A DNA stretch of 64,000 nt. Origin: the human T2T-CHM13v2.0 reference genome, Homo sapiens. Positions within the stretch are counted from its first letter, which is position 1, and every line of letters starts with the position of its first letter. The position numbers and the translations under genes were made by a program. The notes beneath the pieces are model-generated. The model searched no databases. It was not told the origin of the DNA and saw only the letters and a list, made by a program, of their open reading frames with translations. The stretch is from assembly GCF_009914755.1 (NCBI RefSeq), contig NC_060940.1. One strand, given 5' to 3'. Below are positions 46,371-60,350 of this stretch, piece by piece.

Positions 46371-49300
46371 GATATTTTCAAATGTGTCAGAAAGTGTTCC
46401 CTCTAATTTTATTTTCTGGAAGTGATTGAGGAGAGTTGCTACCACCTTTTTTCTTGTTTCCTACAATTCACCATGTAAACCAGTTGGGTCTGGTAATTTA
46501 TCTTTAAGATTATTAATAATAATAATATTATTAATGTTATTAATAATAATATTATTCATGTTATTAATAATATTATTAATAATAATCTAGATTGTCTTTC
46601 TCTTGTGTGTGTTTTCATAGTTTGTGTCATTCAAGGATTTGGTTTATTTCACTAATTTATTAAATTTGTGGGCATAGAATTGCTGGTAGTGTTTTTTATT
46701 TTCATTTTAATGCTCATTGGATCAGTAGAAAAAATCATTTTTTAAACTTTCTGGTATTTTATGTCTGATAATTTGTGTTATCTCTGTTTTATTCTTGGTT
46801 AGAGGTTTATCCAATTTCATTGATCAATCAGCTTTTGGTTCAGCAAATGTTTTCTATTTCATTAATTTCTGCTCTAATTTTTATTATTTTTCTTCTGCTT
46901 GCTTTATGCTTAACTTGTTCTAATTTTACTAGTTTCTTAAGGTGGAAGCTTCAGTTATTGATTTAAATTATTTTTCATTTTGTAATATATACATTTCATG
47001 CTATACATTTCTCTCTAAGCATTGCCTTTTCTGTGTCTCATACATTTTGATACATTATGTTTCTATTTGCATTTACTTCAGAAGATTTTAAAATTTCTCA
47101 TAACACTTCTTTTTGACCATTGTTATTTAGAAGTCTGTGGGTTAATTTCCAAATACCTTCGGGGATATTCCAGCTATATTTCTATTGTTGAATTATAACT
47201 CAATTCCATTGTAGACTGAGAAAAGATAGTATATGATTTCTATTATTTTATATTTGCCATGATTTGTGGCCTAAAATGTGGTCTACCTTGGTGAATGTTC
47301 CATGCAAGCTGAGAAGAATGTGTATTCTGCTGTCGTTCAAATACCTATTCTATAAGCATCAATTAGATCAAGTTGGTGGTTAGTGCTTTTCAGGTGAAAT
47401 ATACTTTTATTGATTTTTTTCTGACTGATTTATCTAACAATTGCTGACAACGGGTGTTGCAATCTCCAACTATAACAGATTCTTCCATTTTTTCTTTTAG
47501 TTTTATCTGTTTGTGCCACACATATTTTGATGTTCTGTTGGTAGGTGCAGACACATTTACTATTATTTTGTAATTTTGTGGAATCAATCGCTTCATCATT
47601 ATATAGGACCCCTTTTTATTACCGATGATTATCCTTCTTCTGAAGTCTGCTGTGTCTGAAATTAATAGTTACTCAGCTTTCTTTCGATTAGTATTAATGT
47701 GGTTTATCTTTCTTGATTTATATATTTTGAACTTATCAGAGTTTTTCCATTTAGAGTGAGTTTCTTGTACTGGGTTTCTCTCTTTTTTTTTTTTTTTTTT
47801 TAAATCTAATCTCTGTCTTTTAATTGGTTCATTTAGAGAATTAACATTTAAAAGGATTATTGACATATTTGGATGAATATCAAATATGTTTGTAATGATT
47901 TTCTCTCCATTACATTCTTAAAATTTTTACTTTTTCTGCCTTCTCTTGTTTTAACAGCATTTTATTTGATTCTGTTATATCTCCTTTATTGATATATCAC
48001 TATTCTTCACAAAAATAATGGTTGCCTTGGAGTTTATAATATGCATTTTCAACAAGTTTCTAACCTGTATCATTTTCCTTCTGCCTGAAGAAAGTCATTT
48101 AACATTTCTTGCAAGTCTGGTCTCTGACAAAGAACTTCTTAATTTTTTTTTTTCCTGAGGAAGTCTTCATTCTTTCTTTACTTTTGAAGCACAATTTTCC
48201 TTGATGTAGAATTCTAGATTTGTGTTTTTATTTTCTTTCAACATTTTATTTCACTCTACTCTCTTTTTGAGCGCATGATTTCTGGCAAGAGGTCTACTGT
48301 AATTCTTATCCTTGTTCTTCTTATAGGTAACTTGTCTCCCCCACCCCCACCAACTGACTTATTTCAAGATTATCTCTCTGTGTTTGGTTTTGTGTATTTA
48401 AATATGACATCCCCAAATGTAGGCTTTCTTTTGTTGGGGGAGAGGGTATTATCCTATTTGGTGCTTTCTTAGCTTTTTAGATCTGTGGTTTAGTGTCATT
48501 AATTTTGAAGAGTCCTTGTCCATTATTACTTCAAATATTTCTTCCACTCCATTTTTTCTTTCCTCACCTTCAAGTATTCCAATTATGCCTATATTACAGC
48601 TTCTGAAATTGTCCTATAGTTCTTGGGTACTGTTGTACTTTTTATTCATTTTTCTCTTTGCATTTCTGTTTAGGATATTTCCATTAACCAATGTTTAAAC
48701 TTGCTAATTTTTTCTTTGGCCATTTTTAATTCCTAATGAGCTCATCAAAGGCACTCTTGATTTTTGTTATAGTGTTCTTGATTTCTAGCATTTCCTTTTG
48801 ATTCCTTATTGGAGTTTTTCCTCTCACTTGCTTATATTATCCATTTGTTCTAGCAACTTACCTATTTTTCCTATTAAAGCCTTTAATATATAAATCAAAG
48901 TGATTTAAATTCCTTGTCTGATAATTCCAACATGTATGTCTTATCTAAGTTTTGTTCTGATGTTTGCTTTGTTTCTTCAGACTGTGTTTTTTGGTGTGTT
49001 TTATAATTTTTTATGTTTAAAGCTGGACATGTTATATTGGGTAACAGGAACTGGAGAACATAGGCCTCAAGTGTTAGGATTTTGTGAGTCTGGCTAGGAG
49101 TTGGGCTTTGTTTACTGTTTGCTGGTGCTGTACAGTTCAGAGGCTTTAACTTCCTTTAGTATCATTGTTTTTGTCTCTCTTCTTGACTTTGAACTTCTCC
49201 AAATACTCCTCCGAGGGTCTATTTCTTGCAGCTCCTTTAACTGTTATCCACTGTTGGTATGGTGATAAGGTTTGGAGCAGGGAAGTTCTATATAATCTTT

Positions 49301-49910
49301 TAATTAAACCTAAGTCTTTTAGTGGGTCTGTTTTTCTTACCTATGACCTTCAAGATGTTTCTTCTTATATAGCCCCCTCTACTCTCTGCAGTTAATATAG
49401 AGAGACTCTATGTGGCTGCATGGTGAGGAATTCCCTTTTCCCATGTCTCTAGGACAGGCTCTGATAAATTATTTTTGCCTGGAGAGTTATAGATAAAATT
49501 ATTGGCATAGTCACAATTATTCTTTATTCCTCCCCCTGCCAGGGCCATGTGAGGATCTTTCTTATATCTTTACCAAGAGCACTTGGTAATGTTTCTGAAC
49601 ACAAAGCCCATGAATATGTGGGGCCCTCCCCAAACTAGTCCACCGTCAACCTCTAGCAGTTGATCAAAATTGGCCTTTAAATGTTTCTAATTCTTTATGG
49701 CTTCAGCAGCTTTTGCTTCAGGTAAGCAGATCCTGGCTTGATTCTCTGGATTTGCCCTTCTCTCCAGGTTTCAGAGTATTGGTTTGTCCTGCTAACTCTA
49801 TTCACAAATAGCCCCCCAAAAGATTATTGTTTTTCAATTTGCTCAGCATTTTCTTGTTATTAAGGATGGTACTGATGACACCCAAGCTCTTACAGCCAAA
49901 ACTGGAAGTC

Positions 49911-50120
49911 CGTCATATGCTTTTGAGGGTTTGTTTTTCCTTTGTCTGGTTAAATGCCAGTTCTTTCAATTTTTTTTCATAGTTTATGATTTTCAAGTCC
50001 TTTGAAAACATTTGAAGGGTGGCCAAGAACAAAATTACTCTCTTAATTTGGGATGAACCCAACTGGCATACAATATTCCAGGTGTAGTCTAAGTAATATA
50101 GAGAATGATCATCTCATTTA
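49911..50120 (-). mobile_element. L3/CR1 fragment (left part ~41340-41420)
   Basis: AATATTTGAAGATGGCTGCCAT...GGTTAAATGCCAGTTCTTTCAA...ACAATATTCCAGGTGTAGTCT resembles CR1/L3. Confidence 0.5.
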
Positions 50121-52759
50121 TTAATGACCTGAAGTAGCTTTTTTAGAAGGCTTAGTATTTTGTCTTCATTTTCCTCAGTGTTGACTATGGTAGTGGAAAT
50201 ATTATGGACACTTAATAGATTCTGTTTCTGGATGATTTTATGGAACATTCTGTTTTAAAATAATTCTTGTAAGTGTGTAGAAAAATCATGAGCTATGTTA
50301 TCAGATTTTTTATGTATGTGTGGTATTGAAGTAGATTAGGTAATTCTTATACATTTTATGAAGAAATTAAAGTTTTATTCAACAATTTACAGAGCATTTT
50401 ACAATATACAGTTTTTAAAATTATATCAACTTTCTAGTCTATAGAACAGGTCTTCTGTAAATTACAATGCAAACACATCTTCAACCTACCTTTTGGGATT
50501 GTTGAAGGATTCCATTTAATTTTTGAAAATATCTGGTAGAATGATTTGTAAATAGTAAGAGAAAATCAAACTATAGCTTGTCTCATCCTCATTTTATTGG
50601 CGAGAAATCTGTAGTGCTGAAAAACTACTCCCATTCCCAAAGTCATGCAATTAGTAGATAGATGACTAAACCTTTTATTGGATTCTGGTCTTTTCCCACC
50701 TCTCTATCAGACACTTTACAAAACACTACTATTATTTTGGGATATTTTTACCCTTCTTCTTCCGATTGAAAAACTACAGAATAAACACCAACAATTCCAA
50801 GATTCTGATTGTCTTTGATGTATGCATGAATCCCTTTCACAGCAAAATTTTCAAGAAACGTAAGCTGGACTAGGTTTTCTAAAATCCAGGTAGAGTGAGT
50901 CCTTCCACATTCCCAAGAGCCTGGCTGTGCTCACAGCAGGAAAGGACGTTGTTTGAGCCTCAGCCACACAGCAGTGTAGCCCTTAATTAAATGATGCTGC
51001 AACATATGGGAATTAGCAAAGAGATTAAGAAACTAATAAAGCAGAACGTAGTAATGTTGATGTAAATGGAGGGGAACTCCATGTTGGCAAATCAAAAAAA
51101 AAAAAAAAAAAAAAACAGAGAGGGAGAGGATAACCCATGACAAAGTATAGGATTATAGAACAAGGATCTAAGCATTGAGTGGTAAATAGGAACCTAAGGT
51201 CATTTAGCCCAAATCAGATTCTACATTCCAACTAATGAGGACTTTTAATGGGGAGGTTGCCTAAATGCTTTTTGAAAACTCAAGTAAATGGAAAGACACA
51301 ACATTAAGAGGCAGCTTATTGCCTTACAGTATTCATTTTCTCAGTCTCCCAAGTTCTCATTACTCTGTTCAGCAGATGCCTATTGAAGCTTATCATGTGC
51401 CTCTGCTGTCCTAAGCATAAAATTTATGGGAAATAAGACAGACATGGTTCCTGACCTCATGAAGAACACGTTCATGCCTGTGAGAAAGAATTTCTTATAT
51501 TAAGCCACGATGTGTCTCTAATTGTTCCTCATGATTTCTTTTAATCCTTTTAATTCTGTAAGACAGTATAATTTCTTACTATGTGACAATGTGTCAAATA
51601 ATCAAAAGTAGCTGTTGTGTTCTAGAATATCTTCCACCTTCTTGGCTAAATGTTCCCATTTTCTTGAATGTCAGGTTATATATTTTTGGATTTATAACAA
51701 AGGTATTAAGTTATCCAGATAATTTCAGAAGGAGTAAAAGGGAAAGGACCTATCTTTATTGTATTTCTACCATGTGCTAGACCCATGGATAGTCTCGTAC
51801 ATCCAGAATGTGAGGCCCAAGAGTGTGTAGACCTTGTTCACTGCTATATCCCAATGCCTCAAGTGGCATCAGGAATATACTATGCACTCGGAACCTACAT
51901 GAAGAACGAAAATACCCGATCTTTATATCCCTTTTAAGATGAGGAAATTTGTCAGGTATAAGAGAAGTATTATTCTAGCAGGTTGACAGACCCTACATAG
52001 AACCTAGTATAAGCAAAGTACTGCTACTATGGCCCTCACTAACACTGCTAATATCAAGAATTATTATTTAATAGGTCATAAAGATGGGAAGTGACATAAC
52101 TAGATCTAGGGTTCAAACGATGTCTTCAGAGATGTATTTTCTTTCTACCTTGTAGCGTAGCTTGATTTCCACTGACTTATTGTTTTCTTTTCTAAAAGCA
52201 ACATCTTCTCTAAGTACCAAAGGGGACCACAAACAGCTCTAGGCTTACTACACAAACCTGTTATGAGTCACAGTTTTAGCACAATGCATAACTTCGAACA
52301 ATGCTTTGAACAGATGTATTCATGAAAAATGTTGCAGACCAAGTTTTACTTTTAAAAATTATTTTTGTTGGAAAGAAGACAAATTTCATGGAACATGTAA
52401 GTTATTTAGTTATAGCAGAATTGTGGAATAATCAAAATATTCCAAAGAATTGAATTCTATTTTGTAATGTTTGGAGAAACTGATAAAGCTGGGCTGCTCC
52501 CTAATTGGATTTACCTTTGCATGGAAAAACAAGAAACCAATGTCCGTATTTCCTTGAGAGACTAATGAAGGCTGGAAGGCAGTGAGCACTGGTACAAATG
52601 ACAAAGCCAAAGGATGAGCAGTATGATCTTGAATTAGAGTAATACAGAAGATCATTATTATTCCAGGCAAGGTATTAGGGAGTGAAATGTTAACAATGTA
52701 GTGGGTTTCACCTAATTTTCATGTTGTATTACATATGCAGTAACAGAGATACAATAAAA

Positions 52760-53010
52760 ATAGCTAACAATTATTGAACAGTTTATGTCAAGCACTACTT
52801 TTTAAAATTTTTGGTATATACCTTTATAATCCTTACAAAAGCCATGTGGACCAGCAAACTACATTTCCATATTTTGGATAAAAATAAGATGCACTGGTAG
52901 ATTCAGAAATGTACCTAAGGTTAAGGTTGCACAGCAAATATATAATGAAGCCAAGGCTTATAATCTGACAATCTGACTTTAGAACCCACACAGTTAAGCA
53001 TTAAAATATA
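52760..53010 (-). mobile_element. MIR SINE
   Basis: ATAGCTAACAATTATTGAAC...ATCCTTACAAAAGCC...GGTTGCACAGC...TCTGACTTTAGAACCCA. Confidence 0.6.
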
Positions 53011-54957
53011 CAGCTTGAAAATGCAATTCCAAGATAGAATTAATTTAGCAAAAGCTTTGATTAATTACATTGCAGTAGTGCTTCTAAGAGTAGTTGGATT
53101 TCCAAGGATAAATAGAAGATAAGGGAATGGACATTTTAGACATGTGCAAAGGCATGGCATATTTGGGGAATTATAGTTCGGTATTCTTCACTTTTAATGG
53201 GTGAGGAGAAAATGATGGAAGGATATGTTGGAAAGAACAATATGGACACTTTACATCATTTCTTATATGCCATATTAATAATGAAAACCACATTTTGAGT
53301 CACTCTGCATTTTCAGAGTATTTTTGAACTCAGAGATACCAGTATTTGCCACTCTGTATTTCTCACCCCCCACTCTACTCCAATTTAGAACTTGGTCAAG
53401 GGGAAGGAGAATAAATGAGCAACTCCAAAAAGGAATTACTGCCATTCACAGTATCTCACCACAGCCCATTTACTGTATATGATTTTATATGTTCCATGAA
53501 AGTGTTCACATTTCAGAGCATTTAAAACAAATGAGACATTTATTAGTGTAACCTTTATTCTGGTGATGATTTAAGCCATTTCAAAAGTAACTAAAAGGGA
53601 ATCACCATTTCCCTCACACTTCAGTCTTCCCCATGTCCCCACCAGCCCACAAAATGCTTCAGTAATTTTAACTTTCTGTACATCTTCCCAAATACCTGCA
53701 TAAATAATCTATTGTTCTAAAGGTCACAAAGGTAGAAGATCACTTTGAAATGTCAGGAAAGTAAATGAATTGGCAATGTGGTGCCATAAGTTTGGAAATG
53801 TCCATTACCTCTTTATCTTTAGATACAGGTGGGCATTGGAAGACATGAGATAGTTGACCTGCACATGAAAGCTTTGGGGTACTTGAAGAAACAGAAGAAT
53901 GCCTAAAATTGTGTAGGCTGTAACATAGCCTAACCACTTCTGCCCAGAACAAAAACTATCAAGTGTCTAGCAGACATAGCATTTTTGCTGGCCTTCTTGT
54001 CTCTGCTCAGATGGGATAAAACCTCATTGAAACACCAAGTCTTAAAGACAAAGTTCAGCCACAGACCTATTTCACATTAAAGGCCACCCCGTGACCATGG
54101 TCTTAAGAGTTCACTCACAACTTTCAAACATCCCATGAATTTGCAGTTAATGGGAAGTTTGATAAATTCTCTCATCTTAACTGCTTTTCAGAACTGCCGT
54201 CTTTCTTGATAGATGTAACAGCCTAAAGAAAAGATTTCTAAGATGTTAAATATTACCACAGGGTTGAACATCCCAAATTATTTTTGCATATTACCTGGGT
54301 AACTTTTAATCACATTCTCATAGACATATGGAGCATTAGAATTGGACACATTGTACAGACCTCAGAGCCAGATCTGAACTATGAGGCTTACTGCGGGCGG
54401 TGGGGGGCGCATGGGGGAGGGCAAAGACAGATCAGGTACATAATAAAGGACTCAGAAATAGGATAGGAACCATGACCTCTTCCTAGAGATTATGTGTTTT
54501 TTCCAACATTACAGGGATGCCCACTCTCCCACTTTGCAAATTAACCACTTTCCCATGTGGGCTGGAAACCAGAAGACTAAATGACCTCAATTATAGCCTG
54601 TAGCTGTAAATAAATAAATTTTTTAACATTGAAAGTCTCCCTCCAGTACCATCTGTCAGAACTGAGCTATGTCCAGCTACAGAACTATGAGGGCAAGGTC
54701 TATTGCCCATAGGAAGCTTCATCCTCATTTAGTCCTGGTGAATTCACAGCCCATTTCTCAAGCAGGTACTAATCTTTCAGACTGGGATTTTGATCAAAAT
54801 ATTTTGTTTGGCAATGGTTGTACTGAGCACACCTTTCTGCAGTTATTATAAGACAATCAAGGGTGATTACACCATACTTGATCATTTTCCTTTGTCAGAC
54901 TTTACTATTCCCAAATTCAGACAAATCTTTATGGTGACTCATGATACTCAGACTCAA

Positions 54958-55090
54958 TGAAAAACTGCTTATTACTTGGGTGGAAAAATAATCCGTACAG
55001 CAAACCCCCATGACACAAAATTTACCTATATAACAAAGTGGCACATATGCTCCTGAACCTAAAATAAGTGTAAAAAAACAAAACAAAACA
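54958..55090 (+). mobile_element. Short L1PA (old) 3' end
   Basis: CAAACCCCCATGACACAAAATTTACCTATATAACAAA...CCTGAACCTAAAATAAG plus A-rich tail. Confidence 0.8.
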
Positions 55091-55779
55091 CTAGATTCAA
55101 ATGGGAAGAGAAAGGTCTGAAGTATCTATTATGTGTTACACAATGTGTTAGCTCCATATAAGTAATGTAGGTAATAATAGCCCCATTATTCAGAGGAAGA
55201 AGGAAGGTTAGATAGCTTGTCCACGTTATTACACAGGTGTTATGCAGGCCCAAGGTGTTACACAGGTAGTATATAATAGACTTACACTTGAACCTATGAC
55301 CATCTGACCAATGAATGGAAAATTACAGCTTAGCTAAAGAAGAACCCCAATTTAAGAAAAGCAGATCAAGCATTGCCTAAAAATAGGGTTAACATCTTCT
55401 TTCAGTTTAGCATTCTTATTTATAAAATGTGTAGAAGAAAATGTTTTCACAAGAGAAGTAATCCATAAATCAGTAACCCATAAATCACTCTCTAAGAGCT
55501 TTAAATGTATATTTAGGTGCAAAACGTAATAATAATGTGAAATCATGAACTATTTTCAGTCTTAGAATAAAAGCCTTGTTTGTCAATTTCTAATGGGGAT
55601 GTAAATAGGAAGAAAAACAGATCACACATGTGCTTCTTGTGGGCCAGTGTGTGCTCCTGGTGAAAATGTGGCCCTCCTTGACTAGAAAATTTTCAAAGGA
55701 TTCCCAATGAGAATGAATCTGGGTCCTTATCCCGACATACACAAACTTGCCTTCCTCTCCAATTTCATGTCTTCCACCA

Positions 55780-58700
55780 CTTGCTCTCACCTGATTCTCA
55801 CCAGCCTGCACCAAGCTTGAAGCTACCTTTGCACATGCCAACATTTTCCTGTTTCAGGATCATTACTGGAAAGCTCTTTCCTCTAAAATCTCTGTGGCTC
55901 ACACCTTCCCATCCTCTGAGTTCACACTTACGTAGCACCTACTCAGGGAGTAGTTTCCTGTGCTTCCCTTGTCACTCTCTACTCCCTTGCCCTGATTTAT
56001 TTTTTATTCTAAGTAACTCATTTACATTATTTTTATCTTATCTGCCTAGCTGACTAACTCACAAGCTTGACGAAGACAAGGGCTTTGAGTGTCTTATTTA
56101 TTTATTTATTTATTTTTATTCCCATATGTTTTTGAGGAACAGGTGGTGTACATTTACACAAGTTCTTTAGTGGTGCTTTGTGAGATTTTGGTGCACCTCT
56201 CACCCGAGCAGTATACACTGTAACCAATTGGTAGTCTTTTATCCCACACCTCCCCCCTACTCTTTCCCTCAAATCCCCAAAGTCCATTGTATCATTCTTA
56301 TGCCTTTGCATCCTCCTAGCTTAGCTTCCACTTATGAGTGAGAACATACGATGTTTGGTTTTCCATTCCTGAGTTACTTCGTTTAGAATAATTGTTTCCA
56401 ATTCCATCCAGGTTGCTGGGAATCCCATTATTTTGTTCTTTTTGATGGCTGAATAGATAGATAGATAGACCCATCAGTCAATGAGTGGATAAATAAATTG
56501 TGGTATATATATATATATATATATAACTGTGTATGTATATCACAATTTATTTATCCACTCATTGATTGATAGACATTTGGGATGGTTCCATATTTTTACA
56601 ATTGAGAATTGTGCTGCTATAAACATGTGTGTGCAAGTATCTTTTTCATATAATGACTTCTTTTCCTCTGGGTAGATACCCAATAGTGGCATTGCTGGAT
56701 CAAATGGTAGTTCTACTTTTTGTTCTTTAAGGAACCTACACACTGTTTCCCATAGTGGTAGTACCAGTTTACATTCCCACCAGCAGTGTAAAAGTGTTCC
56801 TTTTGGCTGCATCCCTGCCAACATCTGTTATTTTTTGATTTCTTGATTATTACCATTCTTACAGGAGTAACGTGGTATCACATTGTGGTTTTGATTTGCA
56901 TTTCCCTGGTTATTAGTGATGTTGAACATTTTTTCATATGTTTCTTGGCCATTTGTATATCTTCTTTTGAGAATTGTCTACTCACGTCCTTAGCGCATTT
57001 TTTGATGGGATTGTTTGTTCTTTTTTCTTGCTAATTTCTTTGAATTCCTTGTAGATTCTGGATATTAGTCCTTTGTCAAATGTATACATTGGGAAGAATT
57101 TCTCCCACTCTATTGGTTGTCTGTTTGCTGATTGTTTCTTTTGCTGTGCAGAAACTTTTTAGTTTAATTAAGTCCCACCTATTTATTACTGTTTTTGTTG
57201 CATTTGCTTTTGAGTTCCTGGTTATGAAGTCTTTGCCTAAGCCAATGACTAGAAGAGTTCTTCCAATATTATTTTCTAGAATTTTTATGGTTTCAGGTCT
57301 TTGATTTAAGTCCCTGATCCATCTTGACCAGATGGATTCACAGCTGAATTCTATCAAACATTCAAAGAAGAATTGATATCAATCCTATTGATACTATTTC
57401 ATAAGATAGAGAAAGAGGGAAGCCTCCCTAAATCATTCTATGAAGCCAGCATCACCCTAATACCAAAACCAGGAAAGGACACAACAACAACAAAACTACA
57501 GAGAAATATCCCCGATGAATACAGATGCAAAAATCCTTAACAAAATACTAGCTAACTGAATCCAACAGCATATCAAAAAGATAATCCACCATGATCAAGA
57601 GGGTTTCATATCAGAGATGCAAGAATGGTTGTGATACACCACATAAACAGAATTACAAACAAAAATCACATAATTGTCTCAATAAATGGAGAAAGAGCAT
57701 TTGACAAAATCCAGCATCGCTTTATGATTAAAACCATCAGCATAGAAGGGACATCCCTTAATGTAATAAAAGCTATCTATGACAAATCCACAGCCAACAT
57801 AATACCGAATGAGAAAAATTTGATGGTATTCCCTCTGAGAACTGGAACAAGACAAGGATGCCCGTTCTCACCACTTCTATTCAACATAGTACTGGAAGCC
57901 CTAGCCAGAGCAATCAGACAAGGGAAAGAAATAAAGGGCATCCAAATTGGTAAAGAAGAAGTCAAACTGTCACTCTTTGCTGATGATATGATCGTATACT
58001 TAGAAAACCATAAAGACTCCTCCAAAAAGCTCCTAGAACTGATAAATGAATTCAGCAAAGTTTCAGGATACAAAATTAATGAACACAAACCAGTAACTCC
58101 TGTATATACCAACAGTGACCAAGCAGAGAGTCAAATCAAGATCTCAACCTCTTTTATAATAGCTTCAAAAAAAAATAAGTAAAATACTTAGGAATAAACC
58201 TAACCAAGAAGGTGAAAGACCTCTACAAGGGAAACTACAAAACACTTCTGTAAGAAATCATAGATGATACAAACAAATGGAAACACAAGCCATGCTCATG
58301 AATGGGTAGAATCAATATTGTGAAAATGATCATACTGCCAAAAGCAATCTACAAATTCAATGTAATTCCCATCAAAATATCACCATCTTTCTTCACATAA
58401 CTAGAAAGACAATCCTAAAATTCATATGGAACCAAAAAAGAGCCCACATAGCTGAAGCAAGACTAAGCAAAAAGAACAAATCTGGAGGCATCATATTATC
58501 TGACTTCAAACTATACTATAAAGCCATAGTCAACAAAACGGCATTGTACTGGTATAAAAATAGGCACATAGACCAATGGAAAATAATAGAGAGCCCACAA
58601 ATGAAGCCAAATACTTACATCCAACTGATCTTTGACAAAGCCAACCAAAACATAAAGTGGGGAAGGGACATCCTATTCAACAAATGGTGCTGGGATAATT

Positions 58701-58835
58701 GGCAAGCCACATGTAGAAGAATGAAACTGGATCCTCATCTCTCACCTTTGAGTGTTTGGTTCACTGTTGTATCCCACCACATGGGAGAATGCCTAGCACA
58801 GAGAAGGCACTTAATAAATGGTTGCTAAATTAAGA
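55780..58835 (+). mobile_element. L2 3' end split by L1PB (pieces ~55780-56082 and 58756-58835)
   Basis: AAGCTTGACGAAGACAAGGGCTTTG | GTTCACTGTTGTATCCC...GCCTAGCACAG...AATAAATGGTTGC. Confidence 0.7.
56093..58745 (-). mobile_element. L1PB-like, 5'-inverted (twin-primed) insertion
   Basis: 56093-57326 is the antisense 3' end; 57327-58745 is sense ORF2 ([12 protein letters not shown]); TSD CTTTGAGTGT at 56083-56092 and 58746-58755. Confidence 0.93.
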
Positions 58836-59654
58836 AATGGGCTGTTATTGTCACTCCAGAATAGTCATGTCTACCCAGGTTGCCATCTTCCAAAAAAATG
58901 TCACTGTCAGTTAAACCTTGGAAACTTCATTGTAGGCTTTTGAAGACCCACAAAAACCACCAGATTATTGCCATTGTAATGGCAATAATGCAAAAACAAA
59001 GTAATAGTAGAAAAAAATAACTACTGAACATTGATTATAAGGCTGATATTGCACTACAATCTAAGTTCCATAATTCAGGCTTTGCAAACATCTTTACTGA
59101 TGAAGAATCTGAGGCTCTAAGAAGTTATGTAACTTGCTCAAGGTCATCTATTTTTAAATGATGTGGTTTAAATTCAAAACTACTTTATTTGTCCTTATAT
59201 CCTCCTCTTTGTATAGTACTGTTAGTCTGAATGGCAGTGATAAGAAGAATAAGCAAGATTACACTTTATTATGGCAAAACTACTTTGAATTGCAGTCATT
59301 GGTCACCTTCCCCAACTTCATGTGCTACGGTAACTGAAAGATCAGAAAACTACTAACGTCAAACAACGGTATACATCACATACATAATAAAAACACAATC
59401 AACACAGCTGCCCCAATGATATTTTGACCTGAAAGAATGCATGCATGAAACTTTTTTCTGTACCATGCCCAACAGACCACTTATATTTCCAAGCTAATCA
59501 GAGGGGCAATGTGGGAAGATTCAGACCCTTGAAAAGCCTTAGCAATATCCACTGTTTTTCCATATAATGTACTAAATCCTGCCTTTCAATGTCTTGACAG
59601 CTTTTTATTTGAAAATCTTTCTCATCTTCAAATACTTCACTATTTAGTTTTTTA

Positions 59655-60350
59655 TCCATTAATTCAAAAATATTGATTGTGATTTCTCTTACATGTCATG
59701 CACCACAGTACTAAGTGAGAAAAAAATGTTCAGATTCTCTGCACTTCAGGGGCTTGCAGTATGGTTTGGTAAAGAAATCTAAGCAGGCAAATGAACAATG
59801 ATCTAATTTTAACTTGCACTAAACATCGTGAGGGCCTCGAGATGCTATGATAGAGAATAATGGGTGAGGGGTAACCCTTAAATAGGGTGGAAAATTAAAA
59901 GATGCTTTAAGTGGGAAAGCCTACATCGAGGACTGAAGGACAGGAAGAAGCCAGGCACATGAATGCCATGAAGAGATTTTCAGATAGAGGAAGCAGTAAG
60001 TGTGTAAGTCCTAACACTGGCTAGCTCAGCGATGTGAAGACCTGAATGGAAATTGGGTAGCTGGCATAGGGCAGGTGAATGGAAGAGTAGAATGAGCAGA
60101 GATTTGAAAAGTCTACAAGGGTCAGACTGTACACTATGTAAGAGCTTTGAGTTTCATTTGAAATGTAATTAGATCCTTAATGCTGACCCTAGAAGAAGTT
60201 TTAAGCCGAAGAGTAAAATAGTATGCAGTATACATTTTAAATGCTCACTATATCTCCTATGCAGAGAGCAGATTTGTGTGGAGCAAGAATTAGGAGGCTG
60301 TGAGTCAGTTTGGTGGCCATGGATGTGGTAGAGGAGAAATGAAGACAACT
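59655..60350 (-). mobile_element. L2 fragment
   Basis: ATTAATTCAAAAATATTGATTG...GGACTGAAGGACAGGAAGAAGCCAG...GAAGTTTTAAGC. Confidence 0.65.

Larger units (their letters stand above)
41431..49910 (-). mobile_element. Ancient long L1 (L1MC/MD-type), near full extent with deletions
   Basis: Long 3'UTR, ORF2 remnants including the EN start (LLNVNSLNEPIKRQRL, 47669-47866), 5' terminus GACTTCCAGTTT; decayed TSD at 41417-41430 and 49911-49924. Confidence 0.8.

Noticed and set aside
51094-51115. Isolated poly(A) run as a retrocopy tail
   Set aside because: No recognisable upstream transcript or TSD
57625-58182. 185-aa RT-like ORF as a stand-alone reverse transcriptase system
   Set aside because: It is a fragment of the inverted L1PB ORF2
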